Source: Lepidodermella squamata (lineage: Eukaryota > Animalia > Gastrotricha). From it: 64,000 nt of DNA. The first letter of the stretch is position 1. Each line of letters starts with the position of its first letter. The translations under genes and the position numbers were made by a program. Below the pieces are notes generated by a model. It saw only the letters and a list, made by a program, of their open reading frames with translations, was not told the origin of the DNA and made no database searches. Of the stretch, positions 1-10,200 are shown piece after piece. Where the stretch lies: assembly GCA_047495785.1 (NCBI GenBank), contig JBLDXI010000032.1, positions 1,984,001 to 2,048,000 of the forward strand, read 5' to 3'.

Positions 1-2
1 TT

Positions 3-794
3 TCAAGCCAAGAAACCTTCACGGATGTTTACCGTGAAATTCGTGAGCTTGAACAGCGGCGATTTCTGCGTCAAATCGCCTCGTTTTCCGAACAAACAAC
101 GTGCCCTCGGCTAGTTGTAATTGATGTCGACGAAAACAGCCCGCCTAATACCGAAAGTGATTCGACATCCGAGTCTAAAATTTTACGTTTCAGTAAACTT
201 TCGTGGTGTTTGAAGTTTCTGTGTGAAAACGAGGATGGTTGGCATTATACCGATAATTCGTTGCCTATCGACTCTGATAAGGTGGATGATTTGATTTCGA
301 GGAGTGCGCCGTATTTAGGCCGAGTTTTTTCGCTAATGAAACACTCCGATAACCCTCCGCGGCTCATGTCAGCCAAAGACCCGGCATTGAGTGAGGTATA
401 CGAAACCGCCCTGCAAGAAATCGAGAAAATGATCAAGTTCGAGGAAAGTTTTGAGGCAGATTATCATTACTTAGTTCAATTCGCTATTGAACTCGATAGT
501 GAAACTTCTTTTGGCGGCTTGCGGCTTTGTCAGTTAGCTGTTGGAAAAGAACTTTGGCTTTGCAGCGAGCATTCAGAAGCGATTAAATCGAAGCTGAAAG
601 GAGTTTCGAGTGATTTCAAGGGCCGGGATAAGAAAATGGACGCGATGACCGGCATCGGCATAGGCGACAACTTCACTGTGAAACATCAGCCGATCAAAGT
701 AGATGCGCCCGGTAGACCGTTTTCTTCAATGTCGACCAGTGGCAGAGCGCATTCAGCTAAAGCAAAAACTAGTCGAGCATGCAGTCTACAATAG
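3..794 (+). CDS. 3' end of a ROCO (LRR-Roc-COR, MFHAS1-like) type protein with C-terminal CaaX; 5' part lies outside the window
   Basis: The frame is open from position 3 (…TTCPRLVVID…WCLKFLCENEDGWH…FGGLRLCQLAVGKELWLCSEH…). CPRL, LCE..GWH and GL.....G..WLC..H resemble the post-COR tail of ROCO proteins. Ends RACSLQ* (CaaX). Roc/COR itself is not in the window. Confidence 0.55.
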   Translation, partial: SSQETFTDVYREIRELEQRRFLRQIASFSEQTTCPRLVVIDVDENSPPNTESDSTSESKILRFSKLSWCLKFLCENEDGWHYTDNSLPIDSDKVDDLISRSAPYLGRVFSLMKHSDNPPRLMSAKDPALSEVYETALQEIEKMIKFEESFEADYHYLVQFAIELDSETSFGGLRLCQLAVGKELWLCSEHSEAIKSKLKGVSSDFKGRDKKMDAMTGIGIGDNFTVKHQPIKVDAPGRPFSSMSTSGRAHSAKAKTSRACSLQ

Positions 795-1287
795 CCTCTA
801 TGCACACACTCGTGTTTTATTTCGAAAACATATTGTAGATAGATCTTAACTGCTTGAGAACTAAAAATAGCTATTTTATTATAATTAATTATGATTTGAT
901 GAGAGGTGCATGTAAGATACTGTGCTACTTGTTATTGTACAAGTGGTAGTGCAAAATTTGGCACGAGTCCTTAACTACAGATAACACGATGTCATTTAAA
1001 GATTTGCTAAAATTGTGCTGTGATATTTTTGTTGAAATTTGATGCTGTGATATCTGAATACAAATAAATGATGATTACTTTTCGAGTAGTTCTTATAAGA
1101 AAGCAATGTGATTCATCGTTAACTCGTTTTACTAATATTTTCTGTTTTTTATTTATTTTCGTTGTTTCTGTTATAGGTTTTGTAAATTTGATCTCCGCTG
1201 TGAACATTTTTATATTTTGTTATATAGATTTTATTTTATTTCCATTTTTCTGTTCTCTAGTTTTTTAATTAAAAGCGTAACTCTCGG

Positions 1288-4200
1288 ATGGGTTGCGGCT
1301 CTAGTAGTCAGTTGGTGGTGACAAGCGCAGCACCAGGTGTCGCTGTCCGCCAGCTGCGAAGCGTTGAAGACCTAACTTTCACTGATATTGAAACAGCCTG
1401 GGTCGTCGCTAATCAAACCGCGTCGAATAAGCCGATAAGCCCGCCTGTGATTAAACGAGCCGGTTGGCGTACAATCCGCATATTCGTGTCTTCCACATTC
1501 AAAGATTTCGACTCGGAACGCGAGATTCTTGTCAAGAAGGTCTTCCCTGATTTGAGGGTTTGGTGCCAATCGAGACGCCTTCATCTTATCGAATGTGATT
1601 TGCGCTGGGTTTGCAATTTCATATTTTCTTGAATTTTCGAATTTTGTAAAAAATTTGTAGGGAGTTCCCATCGATGCAACTACCGAAACTACCCTTCGAA
1701 CTTGTTTGGGAGAAATCGATCGTTGTTACTCGGAAAACGTCATGCCTTTTTTCGTGAATATGACCTCAGAAAGGATAGGCTGGGTCCCACTAGGTATATA
1801 TTTTTCTACAGTAAAATTGCATGATTAATGTTTCCATTTAAAGGAGAGGACATTCCCGAAGCAGTAAAGTCAGAATATAAATGGGTCGATGGTCTTTCAG
1901 TTACCGAAATGGAAATAATGCATGGTGCTTATAGACCAGACAATCCAAATGGTATGCGAATTTTTGTTTTAAAAAATCCATTTTAACGTTTTTAATAATA
2001 GCTTTATTTATGATGCGAAATCCGTCGTATTTGGAGACCGTACCTGAAAACTTGCGTAGCCATTTCGTCGACGAAAACAAAAATATAGCGCCGTATAAAC
2101 TGCAGATGCTGAAACAGATGATTTCTCAAAAATTTATGTCTTCCTCGCAACTCGAGTATTACGACTGTAAATACGACGGTCTAGACTCGTTTGGCCGGCC
2201 GCGGCTGAAAATTGAGCCGAAATTCTCTGAAATCGTGGCGAAATTCTTTCAAGAACGTATTGCCGCTCAATATCCACTTGCCGAGGATAAAAATGCGAAC
2301 CCGTTCGAGGAAGTGAGACAGCAGCATGAAGCGTTCATGAAAATGATCTCCGAGCGGGTGGTTGGTCGAGACGGCTTGGTTGAAGATGTAAGATCTGATT
2401 TTGAGAACTTTTTCAAAATATAACTCTCTCATTTTTAAAGCTGATGAATACATATATTTTGCCAAGCAATACTGCTCCTGCTTTAATCTTCGGCGGCCCT
2501 GGTCTAGGGAAAACTTCGATTATGTCCGCTTTGGCAGATCGATGCCTTACAATGGCTGCCTCGAATCGTCTACCAAAGTATGAATTCATTATTTATTGCC
2601 AAATTTTTGAACCCCCAAAAACACCTTAAATTCGAAATGAGATGCACGACGGGAGATCGAAAAAGCGGGTTTTTAATCAGACTTCCACCTATTCAGGGTA
2701 TCTCCTTCAGGTTTTATAATTGTTATGGAAAATAGCGTAACGACAGGCAGGCAGGCAGGAATTACACATTGCTGTCACATTTCCTTCGAAAAATTGGTCC
2801 GATAATTTTATCGGCAAGAATGCCTGCCCAGACCATAACTTTTGGAGCACTTAGCTGCCGTTGATGACGAACGAATTCAGGTCTTGAGCCTCCGGGAGCC
2901 CAATAGCGAAAATTCTCTTTGTTCACAATGCCGCTGAGGCTGAAATGCTGAAATGCATATTGACCTTAAATGACCTTTCGAACGCTGTGATTGCTTTCCG
3001 CAAAATATTAGTCTGACGCGATCGCGTTATTTCATCGAAAGGTGTAGTTCAGCGTCTTCATCTTCCAGGGTGCAGAAATTCGATAAATGACGATAAATGA
3101 CTTTAAAAACGTCAACAAGCTACTCCACACTGTTGAGATTTAGATCTTCGTGGCTAATATCCAGAATTCCTTCAATACAAGTATTGATTTCTCTCTCCTT
3201 GGACGGTCGTATCACTTCGGAATAACTGGAAGGGCATTGCAAAAGTTACTTACTCGCTTTCACCGACATTGTGCTCGTGATATGAATGTATTCGGTCAAA
3301 TTACGGAGGATGCCGACGGAAATCGCCAAATTATGATGGACGTAACTCAGAAAACTAGCGTTGTTATACAAGCGGTATTGTATATTACGCAAGCATATAA
3401 TTCAGAATTTAACAACCGACCACTGAACGTTCGGTGCCATGAAGTCAGCATGGACAATCGAATGACAGGTAATCTTCGTAATAAAATAGCTATAGCTATC
3501 GTCGTCATCTACGTGTTCACGGAACCAAACAGCATACTCGAGCATTGAGCGTTTTTATTGATGAATCGTGTAAACCGTTTCTAATTGCGCTGATAGCCTT
3601 CAAAATCTTTCAGCATGATGACTATAACCTGAGAATGGATTTATGAAAGACTCATCAACATACGGGCGCCGTCGTTCACAAATTCGAAAAACTGAGAAAT
3701 TTTCAACACAATGGTTGCCCCCTTGAAAATTACGATTTCGCAATAAAAAACACAACCCAGTAGGTAATCGATGACGCTCTGCACACTGGTTACCGATTTT
3801 TCTCTCAATTAGCTAACCGTAACCGGCAATTAGCGAAAAATGAAAATATTTGAATCGTAGTGTTTATATACTCATTTCTAGGGTAAAAAAAATCGCTGAT
3901 TCCGAAAATCATATTTTCAACTAAAAATTCGGCAATTTAATTTTTTTCATGTCATTTAGGCCCGATTTCCGACGAGTTAGACATGTAATAAAAATCTGGA
4001 AAATTCACCAAAATGTGCGGCTCAAAACTGTTACTATATAGACCTGTTTTCAGCGTTCTAGAATGATTTTTAAGGATGGTGACCATTGTCTCAAATGACA
4101 AAAATTTTGTGAAAAACATTTGTGAACGACGGCGCACGTATGAAACAGTGCTATATGTTCGCGTCATCCGTAATCGTGTAACAACGAGGAGACCTTTTCC

Positions 4201-7200
4201 AATGTCACACCCGCCGACCTTGAAGATAGCCTCTATTACATAGCCCATTTATCCCATTTATTTAGCAAGCATATTGCCGGAGGGCGACGTGGTAATAACC
4301 GATTACCACGTCGCCCTCCGGCAATATGCTTGCTAAATACTCTGCTCGCACCTGTTCGGCGCCAGCGATGTTCCCGTCGCTTATGCCCTGCTGGTACAGC
4401 TCGATGTTTGAAACAATTTGAAGCAGTTTGAAGCTAGCTACAACTAGAAAGAAAGAAAGAAGTGAATGGCAGAGGTCAAAATTTGGTCGAGAAACCAGGG
4501 AATATACACCAAAGGAAAGAAGCAAATGAGCAAAAACTAGAGCTCCATGTTGCTCAGAAGTTCTCTGCTTAAGCCTTCTCGACAGGGGTTTTCAGAAAAA
4601 AAGAAATTTGATGGCACCCAACCCATGACGTTATTTTTCGATTTATTTGAAATGAATTATTTTTAGACCAACCAAATCCAGTCATTGGACTGTTTTCTAC
4701 CACTTTGTCGGGGCTGTTCCCGGCTCAACTGACCTTCTCAACGCTCTTCGCCGTCTTCTATTCGAGTTAAAAATTGTCACTAAACGGTCAAAGCTGCCGT
4801 CGGGTCTCGAGGAAGCTATGGGCCTAGTTCGATCTTCTCTTACAAAATCAACGACTCGAAATGCGATAATTATTATCGATGCGCTGAACCAATTCGACGA
4901 CACGCATGGTGCTCCAGCCCCTGTTTCTTGGCTGCCAACGCAGCTTTCACCTACAATTAGGCTGGTCATCTCAGCTACCCCTGAAAGTAAGCAGTATAAG
5001 CTCATCCACGATTTGGCGGCCGATTGGAAGTTGGAGCAAATTCGACCCCTGGATCGCATAACCAAATGCGAAATGGTCAGATCTCAGCTTGCTCGATGGA
5101 ACAAGTGCGTTTCTTCTCAAAATCCGAGTTTTTTTAAATTAAGGTGGTATTTTTAGGCAGCTTGATCAAGGTCAAATGGAACTACTCCTGAATAAACGAA
5201 GTTCAGACAACCCATTATGGCTGTCACTAGCCTGTGAGGAATTACGGGTTTTCGGTCAATTTCGCGAACTTACCAATAAAATAAGAAAATTACCTGATGG
5301 CCTACTCGAGTTGGAAGAGGAAATCCTGGCTAGATTCGAATCCGAGACGGAAGGTCACCTTCTTGTTGCTACTTTATGCTTCCTCGAAGCTTCAGTTCGA
5401 GGCCTACTCGAGTCGGAATTACTCGAATTACTAGCTCTAGTCAACGGTCTTCCGGATGAGCTGGTCAATCTCCTCGAAGCAAAATCTGCCTTAAAAACTG
5501 CTCACCCTGTTCAGAAACCGGCTACGGATCGAAAATCAACTCCTCCCAGAACGACGGGTAGAATCGCCCCGAAACCCGCCCCAGTCAAATCTTCACCAAC
5601 TAAAAAAGTTGATCCGAAGCCAATTATTAAGCTGGCTCGATATGTTGAGGGGGACTCGCCTTCTCAGGGCCGTTTAACAGCGAAGCAATGGGCTGATTTA
5701 TACCGCGTTTTGCGGCCTTTCATCCGGCCATTTGGGTCTTCAGGCGAAGGCCGGCTCGATTTCTACCACCGATCGTTGAGTAAAGCAGTAAGGCGGCGGT
5801 ATTTTTCCCTCGTTAAGGAGACTTCAGTCGGCGAAACTGTGGTAAAGCAGGACGTGATTGTAGCCTGGTTTCACCGAATTTTAGCTCGGTATTTCAAATC
5901 GAGCTGTCTCGACATTGAACGGCGCATCGATGAGTACCCGAAACATGCGTATTACGCCAACGATCTGCAGGGAATGCTGAGTTTTCTGTCAGAATGGCCG
6001 GTTTTCGACGCAATGTATGACCCGGAATTTTCGCGTCAACTCAGCCAATCGTGGGCGTATGTCTATGACCTTAATTCAAGTGGGACCGCTCGAAAACCGC
6101 CGAAGCGCATCGCCTCGGGTAGTTTGGGACCAGCGACTGATGCTAGCACTATCGGAAGTGAGGTCTACGCGAAAATGGAGGAGGTATACCTAGGGCTGAT
6201 TGATGACTACAAAGAACCGATCGACCCGAACTCAGATCTGGGCCGAAATCAAATCGACCGTATCGAGAAAGTTGCGAGGGTTTTGATGCAGAATGGTCGG
6301 TATGAAGCAGCTATTCGTTTAGCTGATCGATTGATTGCGTTGAGCGCGCCACATTCTAGCCAGGTGCAGGTACCGGTTAACTTGGACGGGGATCTAAGTC
6401 CGCCGCCCTCTGTGCCAGAAAATGTTGAGGTTAAGCTTGAAACGACTGGTTCTTCTGAAGCTATGCTGTGGCATGCTGGGTTTATCTACCTTAAAGCTCA
6501 AATCTATGACGAGGAGATGCGGTCTCAGGACTACATGTACCAAAGCCATTTGCCGAAATTGACCGCTTTAGTCGAATGTTTCGAGAAGGCTATTACGATT
6601 TTCGACCAGTTGGCGCCTAGTGACGAGCGGCTTGGGAAATGTTTGAACCGGGTTGGGTTTCATTATTCCGGAATTGCGATGAGAAACGGCACTGAAAAGC
6701 TGAAGAAAGAAGAGGCGAAAACTATGGCGATAAAACGCGTTGAAGACGCGATTGATTTTTACACGCGCATGGGCGATCAGCCGGTGAATTTGGCTGACTG
6801 CTACATAACTCGAGGTGTTTGCGAGGGCACGGCGACTCAGAACCAAATTGATTACTACATGCGTGGGCTGAATCTGGCTATCGAGCATGTTGGGTTGTTC
6901 CACCCGATTTTGGATCGGGCTTATTTGAATGTTGGCATCTACTATGAAGACAACAAGAAAACTCAGGAAGCATACGCTTATTTTCGAAAGTGGTGAGTTC
7001 AACTATAATTTATTATGATACATCAGATTCTCGAGCTTATTTCTTAAAATATAATTATGTCCCATAAGTAACGCAAACAAAGAAAATACACGGAACCATC
7101 GGGGTTTTCCGGGTTTTCTCCGTTCAATTTTTTATTTTCTTTGGTTAAGTCGCGGGGTCAAGAGGGGTCAAGATGAAATATATACCTAACGGCCTTGAAA

Positions 7201-10200
7201 ATTCAAAATGTCTTGCACTTTTCTGACTGGCCACAACTTGGTCAGTGTAAATCCAGGTTTCAGACATTTAACAGTCGATGAGAGAATCATCTCTATTAGC
7301 ACGCACAAATGGCCGTATCTCATCAGGTTTGCGCTAGCATAATGCGGTCCTATTTCAGAGTAAAATAGCTGGAGCGACACTTGAACTGCAAGTGGGAGAT
7401 GACAGGTGAGGTATATTGAAAAAGCGGCGATTGACTGCTTTGCGATAAACACCTCCTTTTCATACCATTGATCTTCTATTTTCGAGCTTGTCACAGTTTG
7501 CTTATTCCCCCAAGCTTTTCTAGCCGTTCGAATTGTCTTGAAAATTTTCCTATTAATTTTGAAACAATTGCGTTTAGAATATCAGGTGCACCTGAACTTA
7601 ACTCACCAATAATTGTAAACCATCACAGCGGAAGCAAATGTCGTCGTAAGAAAGTAGAATACAACCAGTATAATCAACGTATCAACAGCTCCAATAAATG
7701 AGTATTCGAATGAGCCGCAAATCGGAACGGGGCTGTTGGGGTTTAGCTCTTTTATCAAAAAGTACTTCAAATCCATGGTATGATACGGCGCGAACGCTAT
7801 GATTGTCGCAAAGCCCGCGCTGAACATAAACAGCCCAGCCGTTATCAGAAGTAACTTGATTTGTGATAAAATAAATTCATTTTGTACGTGAGCTTATTTT
7901 CCGCCTTACCTTTCTACTGTTCGATTGGGGGAGTGCTAGAGAAGAAATTCGAAGTCCCATCTCGTAGCTAATCAGTGGATTCAACCAAAGTCCGAAGAAC
8001 CCGAACGTTGCACTATTCCAAAGAGCAAGCCAGCAGGAAATGGCTCCAGCTTCCCAATATCCTGTTGGTAGCGTGATGACATTAGCAACTGCCCAATTGA
8101 CAGCAAATGCAATATTTCTGAATGCTACCATTGAGTTCAGCATTACTATATCGCGTTTTACTTGTCGTCGGTGATACACAATGACATTGGCGATACTTGC
8201 CGTTGTGCCTAGAATTGTTGTGGCTATGATGAGGGCGACGTAGGGTAGACGGTCTTCGAACGTAGTCTTGCCAACATTGCTAATAAACCATCCGACGAAG
8301 TATGGTCTCGAGCTGTTGAAACCGCGGTCGCTCAGTTCTGCGCTTATCCAAGACCCGCCATTGTCGAGACTTGCTGTAGTCATGATCAAGAATTAGTCGT
8401 CTGAGTTGTTGCTTCAAATGATTATGATTCTGCAGAATATCAACTCTCTTTGTGCATTTATTGCCATAGTTGTTCCGCTCACACGTCTTTTTTGCATTGG
8501 GGACATTGTAGAAGTGAAAAGTAATGTGTTATCTCATGACGCAACACCGTAGGTTAACGAATGATGGGGGAAATCCGGCTTTATTGCCAGTGTCTAATGA
8601 TTTCGCATAAGAGCGCTGATTGCATTTCTAGCGTGGGGTGTTCTATTTAATCGGACAGTTCCTTCATTTTCCGACAGCGGCGGAGGCGCATTTTTGACGA
8701 ATTATTAGAACGAACAGAGGAATTTTACGGAATCACCTTAATGGAATCGATAACTCCGATCTTCACTTTCACTTGGCAGACCGAGAAGTCTCCACTACGC
8801 CAGATTCCTTGTGAGCACGTTTGAATGACGATCTTAAGCTCAAACCATTCCAATGATCCCAGCATCCGGAATGGATCACGAACAATATTTGAAAGACGGT
8901 TTTAAAACTTTACAGTTTCACTTGACAATTTCAGTTGCAAACGATACACGGGAACCAACCAGAAATGTGACTTGGAATGACCGACATGAAATGAGTCAAA
9001 GTTCAAACTTATGTCCAAGCCCAGGAACCTGAAAACCTTGAGTTGGGTTATCGCAGAGATCGATTTCATTTTTCTCATGTTCGTCCTGATCCTCTTCGAC
9101 AATCGGAAAACTATTCTCATCAGCTTTGATCTTCGCATCAAGCAGCTCTATGAATCTTCAATAATTATTATTGATATTATAATTAATGAACAATCAAACA
9201 GTCCGAGGAGACTGATTTGTTACATTGAATGCAAGTAGCATAATCATCTGGTAGCAAATCATGGGTAGGAACGCAGGCAACACATTGCTGATCAGAAACA
9301 ATTTTCGAATGCGGACGGGCATTACGCTCGTGACGAATTTGTTCCCATTCCACCGCTAAAGACTTACGCTCTTTATTCAATTGTTTGCGAAGCTCAGTTG
9401 CAGAGCCAGTCGAGTTGAGGTTCAGCATTTCGCATTCAAATCTTGTGGGGCTGAACAGCGGGCAATCGCGTTAGACGTAGGAACAACATATTGGATCGTC
9501 GCGTAATTGCTGCTTTCAAGCCTAGTTGCCCGAATATTTCGGACAACAATTCATTGAGGTGGCCGAGGAGCGAAGGGCTGGCTGGCTGGCTGGCTGAAGT
9601 CGCCGTCAAACCCGGCTTATTCGTTCACAAGGAGTTTTGAACACTGCAATTTCCGATGTTGACAACCTGCCCTTCGTTTTCGACGAGACGTTTTTGCGAG
9701 CCGAAAATAACAACGCTAATCTTTCTTTTGTCAAAACTTCGCGAAAAAACGATTTGCTGAGTTTATTGTCAGTCCTAGAAAAATCGGATTATATATCGTA
9801 GAAAGAAAATAACTCAAAATAGCATTAGCTTAAGTGTAAGCCAGATAGATGCTGGTCGTAGATCCGAAAGGCACTACATTTATCCACCTTTAATAAAAAC
9901 CTTCAAAGCAGCGGCAATAAGATTTGGGAAACCGACAGGGTTCTACTTGTATGCTTCAATAACGGCGAAGACAACCTCCGTCAGGACTTGGACTTGCAAG
10001 ATTTTCTGCGACAAACGTGGCATACCTTCTGGGAATTTTCGCCTGGTGAGCTTTTCACCCACATTGAAAATCTTGAAGCCCAGGATTTGTATTTCAACTT
10101 TTACGGTGTCAGCCGAATTTGCAGGCAGGTTTGAAGAGCGGTAGCTATTCTCGTAGGTAGCAGGATATTGACCTCCTTCGTCGCTCGAATCTTCGATTCC

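Noticed and set aside
3150-3548. 132-aa plus-strand ORF inside the NACHT-gene intron
   Set aside because: No recognisable motif, non-ATG start, and it lies in transposon debris. The NACHT gene model does not need it.
7186-8383. Opsin
   Set aside because: ECL1 and TM6 look opsin-like, but there is no Lys at the retinal-binding position in TM7 (it aligns to Leu) and no NPxxY.
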